From a virus (lineage: Duplodnaviria; Caudoviricetes), in IMG/VR virus record IMGVR_UViG_3300028145_000159, positions 1-57,120 of that record: 57,120 bases of DNA; one strand, 5' to 3'. The notes under the pieces are model-generated. The model had not been told where the DNA came from. It ran no database searches and worked only from the letters and a program-made list of their open reading frames with translations. Shown here in pieces: positions 35,361 to 45,500 of this stretch; the first letter of the stretch is position 1; every line of letters begins with the position of its first letter. The position numbers and the translations under genes are program-made.

Positions 35361-35597
35361 ATGGGCGTTGTCGCCTATATCGACTATGAAGATGAGGACA
35401 ATGACGCGGCCATTGCGCTCATTGAAACGGATGCCGGCGTAGGCGTCAATGTGACCTACCGGATTCCGGCTACGGCGCAAGCGGCCGATCTGGACCCGCT
35501 CGAAACGGTGGTCTATGCCCTCGATGCCGATACCGACATTGCCGACTGGGCGACCGCCGTCGGCGTGACCGTGCTCTCGATTGATGATTTACCGTAG
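35361..35597 (+). CDS. Small acidic virion-associated protein
   Basis: AGGAGG RBS; paralogous to the N-terminus of 35844-36389. Confidence 0.8.
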   Translation: MGVVAYIDYEDEDNDAAIALIETDAGVGVNVTYRIPATAQAADLDPLETVVYALDADTDIADWATAVGVTVLSIDDLP

Positions 35598-35609
35598 CAG
35601 GAGACAGCG

Positions 35610-35702
35610 GTGATATTCTGGTTTGCCCTGGGCTTTATGACAGGAGTGGGGAGTTGTTGCATGGCGTTGTTGCTCGCCTCTCGCAAAGAAGCCCATCAGT
35701 GA
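35610..35702 (+). CDS. 30-aa membrane micro-protein (MIFWFALGFMTGVGSCCMALLLASRKEAHQ)
   Basis: AGGAG RBS, GTG start, one hydrophobic helix. Confidence 0.6.
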   Translation: MIFWFALGFMTGVGSCCMALLLASRKEAHQ

Positions 35703-35816
35703 GTGCTGACCTTATCGCACGGAGCATGGAAGCCCCGTGGAGACATGACACCTATGGAGAAAGCGGAAGCCATCCGGGCGCTCGGCATTGAGCAGTATAT
35801 GAATCTCCCAGCCTAG
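35703..35816 (+). CDS. 37-aa peptide homologous to the scaffold C-terminus
   Basis: KPRGDMTPMEKAEAIRALGIEQYMNLPA vs scaffold KNRSEMTAAEKAASISDLGIEGFMALPA (16/28 identical). Confidence 0.6.
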   Translation: MLTLSHGAWKPRGDMTPMEKAEAIRALGIEQYMNLPA

Positions 35817-35843
35817 CGCTGAGAGTCGCAGAAGGAGCATGCA

Positions 35844-36389
35844 ATGATTGTCGCGTATGTGAGTCCCCATGATGAAGAGACGCGGGAGAAAGTGAGCGCC
35901 GCGGCAGCCCCAGCGACCGTCGTGTTTCGTGACCCCGCCACGTTTACGACGGCGGATGCAGACCCGTTGGATCAAGTGGTCTATGCCCCAGAGAACGCGC
36001 GGCAGATTCGGGCCGTCTATGCCTCTCATGCCGAACGCCACGGTGCCAGCTATAGTGCCCAGGTGCTGACGCTGGGAGACGGCACGCTGGAGAAACCGCC
36101 GGTCCATCTGGTGGACCGCTTGTTTAAGCGCCAGCAAGCCGCCTTGCATCTGCCACCGGACCCGGCCTCCGCGCCGCAGATTGCGCCACCTAATCTCCAG
36201 AACCGTCCGCCTACGAAACGTGAACTACGGCAGCACGGGGAGCGGCAGGAGCTAGAGGTGTCCGCCCAGGCGTCCCTGGCCTCCGCCCAGCCGAGCCCGG
36301 CCATGGCGCAGGCGACCACGCCTACTGTAGCACCAGTTCCAGCGACCGCGGCGCCAGCCCCCAAAGTGCCGGCAGGGGAGAAAAAGTAG
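35844..36389 (+). CDS. Virion-associated protein with Ala/Pro tail
   Basis: AAGGAG RBS; VAY...V.R.PAT...AD.DPL..VVYA shared with 35361. Confidence 0.8.
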   Translation: MIVAYVSPHDEETREKVSAAAAPATVVFRDPATFTTADADPLDQVVYAPENARQIRAVYASHAERHGASYSAQVLTLGDGTLEKPPVHLVDRLFKRQQAALHLPPDPASAPQIAPPNLQNRPPTKRELRQHGERQELEVSAQASLASAQPSPAMAQATTPTVAPVPATAAPAPKVPAGEKK

Positions 36390-36392
36390 CCG

Positions 36393-36902
36393 ATGACGCT
36401 GATTGCCACGCCGGGTGGGGCCACATCCAATAGCTTTTGTAGTGTCGCGGACGCCTTTACGCTGCTGGGCACCGAGCTGGACACAGAAGACTGGACTGAG
36501 GCAAGCACGATTGACCAGGAGCGGGCACTCATCACGGCCACGCGGCTCATTGTAGAGCAGGCGGTATGGAAGAGTGATCCTACGACGGACACGCAAGCCC
36601 TGCCCTGGCCCCAAGAAGACGCGACCGACCGCTACGGCCGGGCGATTGCCGATACGGTCGTGCCGACGGATGTCAAGCGGGCCACGGCGCTGTATGCCGT
36701 GGCGTTGCTCGTGCAGATGCCGGTAGGCGATCTGACGCTCCTGGCCCAATTAGACCAGCTCTGGGTCGGGGATATGCGGGTGAATTTTCGGGCGCAACTG
36801 CCCGTGTCGCTCACGACGGCTATGCCGGCTTCTGTGCAGGCGCTCTTGGCCCCGTATCTGGTTTTTCGTTCCACGATCCAACTCCGCGTGGTCCGAGGCT
36901 GA
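36393..36902 (+). CDS. Head-tail adaptor (DnaT-like family)
   Basis: G...SNSF.SVADA...W.......ERALITATR...TQALPWP...VP.DVK.AT. Confidence 0.85.
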   Translation: MTLIATPGGATSNSFCSVADAFTLLGTELDTEDWTEASTIDQERALITATRLIVEQAVWKSDPTTDTQALPWPQEDATDRYGRAIADTVVPTDVKRATALYAVALLVQMPVGDLTLLAQLDQLWVGDMRVNFRAQLPVSLTTAMPASVQALLAPYLVFRSTIQLRVVRG

Positions 36903-36903
36903 C

Positions 36904-37263
36904 ATGGGGCGACACGGGCTCTTATCGCAGCGGGCACTGGATCGACTGGCACGGGTAAGCAAGCGCGTCTATGGCACCCTCCTGGAATGGATCGACTATG
37001 ACGTGACGACCGCGGCAGGGGTGGTGATCGCGACCCATGAGGTGCAGGTATACATGAGTCCCTGGAGTGGCGGCCAGCTGAGTACACCAGAGATTCTCCC
37101 AGGAGACTACCGGGTACGAAGTGCGGTGGAAGACATGCCGTGGACGCCAAGCCTCTGTGATACGTTTGTGCGGCGCAAGGACACCACCCGATGGAAGGTC
37201 ATTTCCCCCACTGGCGGCCCTGGCACCGCCTGGTGGGTCTTGCAAGCGAGACAGGTAGGCTAA
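36904..37263 (+). CDS. Putative head closure protein
   Basis: Synteny and size; C-terminal W.LQAR. Confidence 0.65.
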   Translation: MGRHGLLSQRALDRLARVSKRVYGTLLEWIDYDVTTAAGVVIATHEVQVYMSPWSGGQLSTPEILPGDYRVRSAVEDMPWTPSLCDTFVRRKDTTRWKVISPTGGPGTAWWVLQARQVG

Positions 37264-37266
37264 CGT

Positions 37267-37737
37267 ATGCCCACAAATATTCGTGTCACCCTGACCCTCC
37301 CCGTTATGGCGCTCTTTGATGACACCGCTACGCGCGCCATCCTGTATGACGAGTTGCGTAGCGAGACGGAGCGGCTTTTGGGCGATCTGGTCACGCAGAT
37401 TCAACAGCAGCTTCCCGAAGGACCGATGCGCGAAAGTATTGAGGCGCAGGTGGCATTGGGTCTGGATGCCTCCGCGTTGGTGGCTGGGCACATCTTTACG
37501 GAGGATCCGCGCGCCATCTACGTGGAGGAAGATACGCAGCCGCATGACATCGTGCCGCGCTTCAAGGCGGCGCTGTTCTGGCCAGGCGCACGTCATCCGG
37601 TACGCCGCGTGCATCATCCGGGCACCACAGGCAGGCACATGTTTCGCCAGGCCGAAGAGACCCTGGAGCGGGTCGCGCCAGCACGGGCACAGCAGGCGGT
37701 GGACCGGGCCGCGCAACGTCTCGGGGAGGCCCTATGA
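37267..37737 (+). CDS. Neck/tail completion protein (HK97 gp10-like)
   Basis: A.YVEE.T.PH.I.P....AL.W......V.HPGT....MF. Confidence 0.8.
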   Translation: MPTNIRVTLTLPVMALFDDTATRAILYDELRSETERLLGDLVTQIQQQLPEGPMRESIEAQVALGLDASALVAGHIFTEDPRAIYVEEDTQPHDIVPRFKAALFWPGARHPVRRVHHPGTTGRHMFRQAEETLERVAPARAQQAVDRAAQRLGEAL

Positions 37738-38264
37738 GTACCGGCATGCTGGGGCTCACCCTGGCCGATGCCACGGTGCACAGTCTGAGCGTGCAGGCCC
37801 CTGCTGAGGACACGGTGGCGCCGCTGCTCGCGTTTGTGGTCGATCGGCTGGCGGCGGTCCCTGGGGTGCTGCGCGTCCTCAGTTATCACCCGATTGCCAC
37901 GCCAGGCGCGCAGATCCCGGCGACCATGGGACCGAGCGGCCAGGTGCACTTCTGGAGTGTCGTGCGCGAAGCCACGCCAGAGCAGTACATTGGGAACCTA
38001 GAGACGCATCGCCAGCACCATGTCTTGATCAGGGGCTACCTCGAAGTCAATGATCCGAGCATGACATCCCCGCAGTTCCAAGGGCTCATCGAGCGGATCA
38101 TGGCGACATTTCGCGGGGTCTATCAGGTGGAAGCGGCAGGCGAAGGGGCGGAGATTATTGGCCCGATGCAGCTCAGCACCGTCGGACATCGCATCCTAGG
38201 CGCCACCATCTTAACGCACTACTGTGAATGTCGCACGTTAGCCAACGAGCGCACCAGCCCGTAG
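37734..38264 (+). CDS. Putative tail terminator
   Basis: Synteny before the tube gene; ATGA overlap. Confidence 0.6.
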   Translation: MSTGMLGLTLADATVHSLSVQAPAEDTVAPLLAFVVDRLAAVPGVLRVLSYHPIATPGAQIPATMGPSGQVHFWSVVREATPEQYIGNLETHRQHHVLIRGYLEVNDPSMTSPQFQGLIERIMATFRGVYQVEAAGEGAEIIGPMQLSTVGHRILGATILTHYCECRTLANERTSP

Positions 38265-38282
38265 GGCACGCGAGGAGACGAT

Positions 38283-39770
38283 ATGGCGAGTACCTTTGGG
38301 GTGGGGATTCTAGGCATCCTCGGAGCCGGCCAGGAGGGCGTGGCCCAGGGCACGCTGACCTTTACGGGCGTCGTGATCGATGCGCAAACCGTGACGATTG
38401 GCGCCGATGTCTACGAGTTTGATGTGTCTGGTGGCGTGACCAGTCCGAATATCTTGGTCGATGTCTCGGCCAGCCAGACCGCGCAAGCGGCGGTGACGGC
38501 CCTGGTCGCCCAGATTAATGCCAGCCATACGGAGCCGGTGAGTGCCGCGCAAGGGCTAGGGACGTCCGTGGTGGTGACCTCGACCACTGATGACGGCACG
38601 GGCGCGACGATAGCCACGACAGAGACCTGTACCAATGCGAGTTGGGGCGCCGTGACGCTGGTTGGGGGGTATGGCGTGGAAGCCACGGCCACGCAGCGCC
38701 TGCCGATGATCTCCGAGACCCTTGACGACGTGCAAGCCCTCAACCGGGATGTGTCGCTCCAAGGACGTGGGTTTGAACGGCCCCCAGACCCGGGCACCAT
38801 TGGGGTGCAAGGGGATGTGGCCTGCTACCTGCGCTATACCCCCAGGAAGCTCTTGCTCAAGCAGTTTTTTGGCCTCTATGCTTCCGGCAAGTACACGCTC
38901 TCTCCGCAACGTAAGGGCAAAGGCTTGACGCTGGCGGTGAATGAGCAAATCAGCGTCAAGACGGCGATCGGCTGCAAGGTGAGTCAAATTGTCCTGGCCT
39001 CGTCGCTGACCGATGTGCGCTTAACGGCCACGATCATTGGCCAAACGCTGATTCGTAATTCCAGCAAAAATACCTTAGCCGTGCTGCAGCAGTTGGCGGA
39101 TAGTGACCGCAACTTGCTGCACCGGCATTTGACATTTCTGATTGGCGATCAGGTCAACGCCCTTAACACGACCGATGACCACACGTTCAGGCCAGGCACG
39201 TATACGCTCACCATGGCCATGCCGCATGATCAGGTCTTCATCGATAGCCCTTATGCCGATGAGCCGCTGGACAATGGTTTCCCGACGTATACGCTCGCCA
39301 TTGCCGTGCCGCGCCATCTGACCGACGTGTTCAAGACGTGGCAAGCGGCCAATACTGGACTGCAGGCCCAGGCGACCTGGACGAATGGCACCAATACGCT
39401 AGTCGTGCTGCTCCAGTCGCTGAACCTCCAGACGGCACCGATTACGACGCCTGGACCTGGCGTGCGAGCTATTACGTTGACGCTGCATGCCTCTGAAGGG
39501 CTAGTGGTCTATACGGCTAGTACGATTAGCGCGGCCAGTGGAGATAACAGCTATAACGATAGTGCCACCGCGCTGCCGTACTGCCAGGCCGGGGATCAAG
39601 TACAAATTACGGGTTTCACGGCCCACCCAGAAAACAACAAAATTGCGACCGTGGTCTCGTACACCACAGCTAAGATAGTTGTTTCAGGGGTCACGTTAGT
39701 GACGGAAGCGGCTGGGGCACCGATCACGCTCAGAGTCCTCAAGCAACCAATAGTAATCACGGAAACCTAG
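38283..39770 (+). CDS. Tail tube-like protein with inserted and appended accessory domains
   Basis: GQE...YGVEA.....LP.ISE.L...G.I.V.GDV; GCKVSQI; synteny. Confidence 0.7.
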   Translation: MASTFGVGILGILGAGQEGVAQGTLTFTGVVIDAQTVTIGADVYEFDVSGGVTSPNILVDVSASQTAQAAVTALVAQINASHTEPVSAAQGLGTSVVVTSTTDDGTGATIATTETCTNASWGAVTLVGGYGVEATATQRLPMISETLDDVQALNRDVSLQGRGFERPPDPGTIGVQGDVACYLRYTPRKLLLKQFFGLYASGKYTLSPQRKGKGLTLAVNEQISVKTAIGCKVSQIVLASSLTDVRLTATIIGQTLIRNSSKNTLAVLQQLADSDRNLLHRHLTFLIGDQVNALNTTDDHTFRPGTYTLTMAMPHDQVFIDSPYADEPLDNGFPTYTLAIAVPRHLTDVFKTWQAANTGLQAQATWTNGTNTLVVLLQSLNLQTAPITTPGPGVRAITLTLHASEGLVVYTASTISAASGDNSYNDSATALPYCQAGDQVQITGFTAHPENNKIATVVSYTTAKIVVSGVTLVTEAAGAPITLRVLKQPIVITET

Positions 39771-39779
39771 GAGGGGCCT

Positions 39780-39920
39780 ATGGGGCGCTTCTTGAGCCTC
39801 CTTCTCCTGGTCCTGCTCGCCGATGCGGCGCCCTTAGCTGCCCTGGCCGCCTATCTCCTCTGGTGGCGTGCGCAGCGAGAGGCCCGCACACATCTGTTGA
39901 AGGGCTGGGGCCATGGCTGA
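39780..39920 (+). CDS. 46-aa hydrophobic micro-protein
   Basis: AGGAGG RBS; MGRFLSLLLLVLLADAAPLAALAAYLLWWR... Confidence 0.6.
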   Translation: MGRFLSLLLLVLLADAAPLAALAAYLLWWRAQREARTHLLKGWGHG

Positions 39921-41067
39921 GACGATCTCCCACGGCCTGCGCACTATCGCCGCCTGGCAACGCGAGCCCTTGGTTGCGACACCCACCTGGCCGGCTGCAG
40001 CGCCCGTCGTGGTGACCCGCCGTATCCCCGTGCTCAGCGTCCAGCCCGTGGAAGGGGCCCAGGTCGTGACCGCAGGGTCCACCCGGCAAGGCTATGGCCG
40101 TGAGAGCGCCGATGTCCGCGCCATTCAGCCGGCAGAGACCTGGCCCTGTCAGTTGCGTTATCAGGGCTTTGAGCAGCTCCTGGCCTGTGCCATGGGCTAT
40201 ATGGCGAAGCGGCTCAGCGGCGTGCTGCAACCGGCCGCGCTCGGCAGTGGGGTCTACCGGCATCTGCTGGAAATGGATCAGGGCCTCTCCACGGTCATTC
40301 CCTGGACCACGGCAGATGGTTTTACCGGGGGCGAGTTGGCGAGTCCGCTCTACCGGGTGCGGCGCGGAACAGCCGCCGTGGATCGGCAGGTGAGCGTCTG
40401 GGAGCACCGCAGCACCATGGTCAGCTCGCTGACGATAGCGGCCACCCTGGAGCGCGTGACGGTGACCGTGGGCCTGGTGGGCTATCGACGGGTCAGAGAT
40501 TCCGTGGTGAATACGTCCGCCGTGTTGCAACAGACCACGCTGATGAGCAGTCCTAATGTGTTATTCCGGCATGGCGTATTGCGCCTGGGCGCCTACAGCA
40601 CAAGCACGCCATTGGGCCCTGGCGATATCCTGCGGCCCTCGACGTGGCAATTGACGATTGACAACCATCTAGGCGCTGGTCCTGGGCCACGGACGGGGCT
40701 CTACAGTGAGGAGTATGAGAAGCCGGGCGTCTCGACACTGACGCTGAGTCTCGGGCTGGCGCGGTATCGCAATGACACGCAGTTCACGCGCTTGCTGGCG
40801 GGGACGCTGCTCATGGGTGACGTGAAGCTGACCGGGCCGTTGATTGGGAGTACGGGCGTGCACTATCAGCACAACCTGTACTTTCCCCAGTGCGTGCTGA
40901 CGGACGTGGCGTCTCCGGTGCAAGGCGCGACCGTGCCAGGGATCACCCATCAGGCCACGCTGTTGACGCCAGAGACGCAACCAGCTTCTTTCCCTGTTCC
41001 AAACCATTTAGGGCCATTACAGATAGAGCTTATTAACCAGGAAAGCCAGCACCCGCTACTCGACTGA
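39913..41067 (+). CDS. Second tail tube-like protein
   Basis: LRYQGFEQLLA.AMG; D.QVSV...S.MVS.LT; LTIDN; YFP...LTD; I.L.N; resembles 38283-39770. Confidence 0.65.
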   Translation: MAETISHGLRTIAAWQREPLVATPTWPAAAPVVVTRRIPVLSVQPVEGAQVVTAGSTRQGYGRESADVRAIQPAETWPCQLRYQGFEQLLACAMGYMAKRLSGVLQPAALGSGVYRHLLEMDQGLSTVIPWTTADGFTGGELASPLYRVRRGTAAVDRQVSVWEHRSTMVSSLTIAATLERVTVTVGLVGYRRVRDSVVNTSAVLQQTTLMSSPNVLFRHGVLRLGAYSTSTPLGPGDILRPSTWQLTIDNHLGAGPGPRTGLYSEEYEKPGVSTLTLSLGLARYRNDTQFTRLLAGTLLMGDVKLTGPLIGSTGVHYQHNLYFPQCVLTDVASPVQGATVPGITHQATLLTPETQPASFPVPNHLGPLQIELINQESQHPLLD

Positions 41068-41081
41068 GAAGGAAAAGCCAT

Positions 41082-41678
41082 TTGCCCCCCATGGTGGAGA
41101 TTCAAGAAGACGAAGAACTGGAATACCCGGTGGGCCCTACGCCAGCCGCAGGCCAGCCCGATGACCGCACGGTCCTGCTCTATCGCCGCATTCGCTACAG
41201 TGAACGCCGCTTGTTGATTCAGCTTTTTCAGGAGCGCGGGCGGTTTGACGACGATGGCTACTACATGGCCGTGATTGCCACGGGCTTGACCGGGTGGCGT
41301 CACTACTATCGCCGCAGTGGCCCCGTGCCATGGCCCGCCCTGGGAGAGGAGACGCCCCCGCCTGGCATGACACAGGCATTGGTGCCTTCGCCCCAGGCGG
41401 CGCACGTCGTCTCCTTGCTCCCCGAGCAGCAGGCGCGGCTCGCCCAGATGCGTCAGGTGTTAGCGCTGGTCGAACGCATGCCGCTCACCGTGCCGCAAGA
41501 TCTGGCCCAGGCCATCCTCTCGCCCTCCCCCGAGGCGTTGCTAAAAAACTGGAACGGGCTGTCGAACGGTCCCAGCACTTCACCAGCCCCCTCACCGGAC
41601 GCGAGTACACCTGCTGGGATTGCCGGAGAGAATGCCGCGACGAAGGAGAGTCCGTTCCTTGCGACAGCGGCGGCGTAG
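41082..41678 (+). CDS. Tail assembly chaperone (gpG-like)
   Basis: Upstream of the tape measure gene; contains a slippery site. Confidence 0.75.
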   Translation: MPPMVEIQEDEELEYPVGPTPAAGQPDDRTVLLYRRIRYSERRLLIQLFQERGRFDDDGYYMAVIATGLTGWRHYYRRSGPVPWPALGEETPPPGMTQALVPSPQAAHVVSLLPEQQARLAQMRQVLALVERMPLTVPQDLAQAILSPSPEALLKNWNGLSNGPSTSPAPSPDASTPAGIAGENAATKESPFLATAAA

Positions 41679-41926
41679 CGGCGTGCTTCTATATGGTGAG
41701 TGATGGCTTATCGCCCGGGGAGCAGACGAGCGCCGCTGACCTCGTGGCGATGGACTTACACAGCCAAACGCAGCGGCTCGGCTGGGAGAAGGTGCAGACC
41801 CTGCGGCCTCTACGGTTGAGTCGATGGGACGCAGAAATGTTGCTTCTGCGATTGGACTATTTGCAGATGGCGGAGCGTGCGCAGCAGGCCGAACGGCTCG
41901 CGGCACAGATGCCTCCGCTGGCGTGA
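41543..41926 (+). CDS. -1 frameshift extension (gpGT-like); slippery A AAA AAC at 41543-41549
   Basis: CTA AAA AAC in frame 0; -1 frame open to 41926 (...KLERAVER...CWDCRREC...). Confidence 0.85.
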   Translation, partial: KKLERAVERSQHFTSPLTGREYTCWDCRRECRDEGESVPCDSGGVAACFYMVSDGLSPGEQTSAADLVAMDLHSQTQRLGWEKVQTLRPLRLSRWDAEMLLLRLDYLQMAERAQQAERLAAQMPPLA

Positions 41927-41956
41927 TGCTTGCGGCGTCAGGAGCACCAGCGCTGC

Positions 41957-42466
41957 TTAGCGCTGGACTTTCTCCTTGCTGATAATGACGCCATCGGCAA
42001 AGTGGATAAAGCTATCCAGCGTGGTCGAGTCCCCATAATACACCCAGGTATATTTGTGCACTTCTTTGAGGTTCACGTTGCGAAAGCCCCGCCCGACAAT
42101 CTGGGTTCCATCATCCGTGATGGCATCTGGCTCCCCCACGCGTGCCAGCACGGTGGCTTCGCTCATGCCCAGGGTGAGCATCCCGAACTGCTTAGTGTCG
42201 AGAGGGGTGTGGGTGGGAGGCCGCGGGACGTCTGGCACGACGGCCACGAGTGGCGGCGGGGGAGGCGGTGGGCCTTTCGGTTCGACCTGCCGCACTGGCG
42301 GGGTGGGCAGGCTCCCTGGGGGGAGGCTTTCTACGACAGGCGCCGCATCGTTACACGGGGCATCCTGATAGATCGGCTTGCCTCGACTGTCGAGACATTT
42401 GTAGACATCAGCCGCCGCAGGCAGCGTGAAGCCTAGGCAGAGCACGAGCAGCAATGTGCGAATCAT
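41957..42466 (-). CDS. Secreted DUF4124-type protein with C-terminal SmpA/BamE-like domain (moron)
   Basis: Signal peptide, DVYKC.D..G...YQD.PC; L.LGMSE..V....GEPD...WVY...F.DG. Confidence 0.82.
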   Translation of the reverse strand: MIRTLLLVLCLGFTLPAAADVYKCLDSRGKPIYQDAPCNDAAPVVESLPPGSLPTPPVRQVEPKGPPPPPPPLVAVVPDVPRPPTHTPLDTKQFGMLTLGMSEATVLARVGEPDAITDDGTQIVGRGFRNVNLKEVHKYTWVYYGDSTTLDSFIHFADGVIISKEKVQR

Positions 42467-42552
42467 GGGAGCCTCCTTTGTGGAACACCAGGGCATGATG
42501 ACGTCAGAGTATACCTTGTCTCGTCCGCAAAGCGCGAGCAGGAGATGGCGCG

Positions 42553-45500
42553 ATGGCTGAACCCTTACGCCTCGGCTTCGTGGTCGAGAATGCCGACGCG
42601 CTCAACGCCTTGCGCCAGACCCGGCAAGCGCTCAGTGGGGATCTCACCGACGCGGCGAAGCAAGCGCAGCAGGCGCTGACCGGCTTGACGGCCACCACGG
42701 ATAGCACGGGCAAAGTCTTTAACAGCCTGGGGCAAGAAGTGACCGGGCGCGCGGCGGAAGCCCTGAAGCGGATGGGTAGCGAAGCCACTAGCGCCGCGCA
42801 AGATATCAAGACAGTAGGCCAGGCTGCCGATCAGACGACGGTTTCAGTGAGCAAGCTCAGCGACAGTGTCAAATCGGCCTCCTCCTCTACTAGCGCGGGC
42901 AGTACCTCCCTGGATACGTTTGCCGGCAGTGCCCTCAAGGTGGCTGGCGCTATTACGGGTGTGCATCTCGGCGTGCAGACTATTGGGCAAGTGGTGAGTT
43001 TTGCCACTGATCGTTTCCTCAGTTTTGATGATGCGCTCAGTAAACTCAATGCGACGATTCCAGGCCAAACCGCCTTACAAAAGACCTACCATGACGCGCT
43101 GCAAGCCCTCCCGCCGCTCTATGGCGATGCAGCCACACAAGCGGCAGCGCTGCAGCACATCCTCAGCTCGGGGATGACAGAGCCTACCCGTGCCCTAGAG
43201 ACACTCAAGGCGGCCTCTGAGCTGAACGTTGCCGGCTTTGGCGATCTCAACTCTACTACCAATCTGCTTATCAAAACGCAAGCGGTCTATGGCAATCAAG
43301 TCAAAGACCTCACCAAAGTCTCAGACGACTTCATAACAACCACGCATATTGGTGGCGCCAGTCTGCAAGACCTGGCACGGGTCTTCCCAAACATTTTGGC
43401 GCCAGCCAAAGAGTTGGGTGTCTCCATTCGTGATGCCAATGCGATCTTTGCCCTGTTCAATACGGAGCTGAAAGATAGTTCACGGACGGGGGAAGTGGTG
43501 AGCCAGTTCTTCCGGGCCTTGATCCGCAACAGTGATGAATTTGCAGCCCGCGGCGTGAACCTACGGGAAGTGATCGGGCAACAAGGCTTGGCTGGCGCGC
43601 TCAAGGTCATCGAAGAACTGACGAACAATAACGCAACGGCCTTACAACACTTGCTGCCTGGCCTCGATGAGGGACTGGGGCTCATCAAGTCGCTCGTCAA
43701 TGATGGCTGGCAAAAGCTCAACGCGGAAGAGGCCCGCTACCGGGACAATACGGGCGCAACGAAAGCCTCGGTGGAAGAGCGCACCAAAAGCGTCACGGTC
43801 GCATGGCAGACTTTCAAGAATCAGGTCGGCAACGCCTCAACGTCCCTCTTGGAGACGTTTGCAACCGGGGTCCTTGGGATTGAGACAGCGGTCACGAAAA
43901 GTGGCACCATCATTGGGGAGACGTTTGAAACAGTCGGCAAGAAAGTCGGGCTGATCACGCCTCCCCTCGATATGGCCGCCCATACTATCGCTGAACTGGA
44001 GCAACGCCAACTGAGTGCCGGGCAAACGGCTGCCGATCTTGCCAAGGCCATGGAACAAAGCGCGGGGTCCGTGACCAAGGTGGCCGAGGCAGCGCCCAAG
44101 GCGAAAAGCGGGCTCGAACTCGTCCAAGATGCCGCCAATGCGCTGGATAAAGACATTACCCGCCTCGCTGGGCGGGAGATTATCCCCACGGAGCAACTCC
44201 AAAAGCAGGTGGATGCTGCCGTAGGCTTTTTGACGACGCTGAAAAACTCCAATGCCCTTACCTATGATGATCTTTTGGCACGAGCTGAACAGTTTACGGA
44301 TGCCGTACAAAAACGTCTCGGGACGCTCCCCGACGCCGTCCGCAAAGTCTATGATGAGATTCGAGAGCAATCTGAACCAGACGTGAACGCGCTTGCCGAA
44401 GCCTGGAACCGGTTTGGCATTGAGTCCACCGGGGTCACGCAGCAGTTTGGCAAGCAGGCCGTCCAGCAATTTCAGGAAATTTTGAACGCGGGGGAAGGCA
44501 CCACCAAGCAACTCCAAGATGCCTTTCATCAGGTTATTACCGAACTGAACGAGGGCGATTTTAAGCGGCTTCCTGAGGGCTTCGAGCAGCAGATGGAGCG
44601 CATGAATGCGATTGCCGAGCGCACCGGCGGTACGATCTACAAGACGTTTCGGGATGCGTTTGGCAATATCCGTATCGTGGTGGACGAGTTCAATACGACG
44701 ATTAACCGCGCACTGTCTGGACTCAGTTCTACGATTCCAGGCGCGATCCTCCCCACCTTCGACAAGACCTATGCCGCCGTGACAGCCGCTACCATCCAGT
44801 GGGGCAATGACTTTGCCAGCCATCTTTCGAAGGCTGAGCAAGACGCCGCGCTTCAGTATGGCCTGATCAGTCAGCATGCCGTGGATGCGGCGCGCGCGCA
44901 AGGGAAAGCGGCGGGTGATGTCGGCGAGAGCGTGACTTCTGGCTATGGCAAAGCCCAACAAGCCCTGCTGCGCTATGACGATGAGCTACAGCGGACGATG
45001 GGGCTGGCGGACCTGACGTCCGACGCCACCCGCAAGCTCATGGACTGGAATCCCACCTTTACGCAGCAACTCGCCCAGACGCCGCAGGGCCTCTTTGACC
45101 AACTCCGCCAGGCCCGCACCGAGCTGCAAAACCTGCAATTCTCTCCCAACGTCTCCGTACCGGGCTGGCTGGAGTTTACCCGCAAGGCGCTGACGGAGTG
45201 GGTTGATCAGATTACCGGGAAGCTCAAGAGCCTCGGCGTCAACGACCTGGGCCAGCCGCTCAAGGGCGTGCAGGACAGCGCCACCGCCTCCACGGATGCC
45301 GTGAAGGGCTTGCGCGATGCGGTGCAGTCCACCAGCGCGGCGGCGCCCACGCTCACCCAGCACGCGGCCAGCCTGGCGGGGGGCTTTGCGCAACTGACGC
45401 AGAGCGCAGGGGAAGCGTCCAAAACGATTGCCGCAGCGCTGAGACCGCCCAGCGTGGGGACGGGGCCCATTGATGTCGGGGGGAATCGGCTGCCGTTGGC

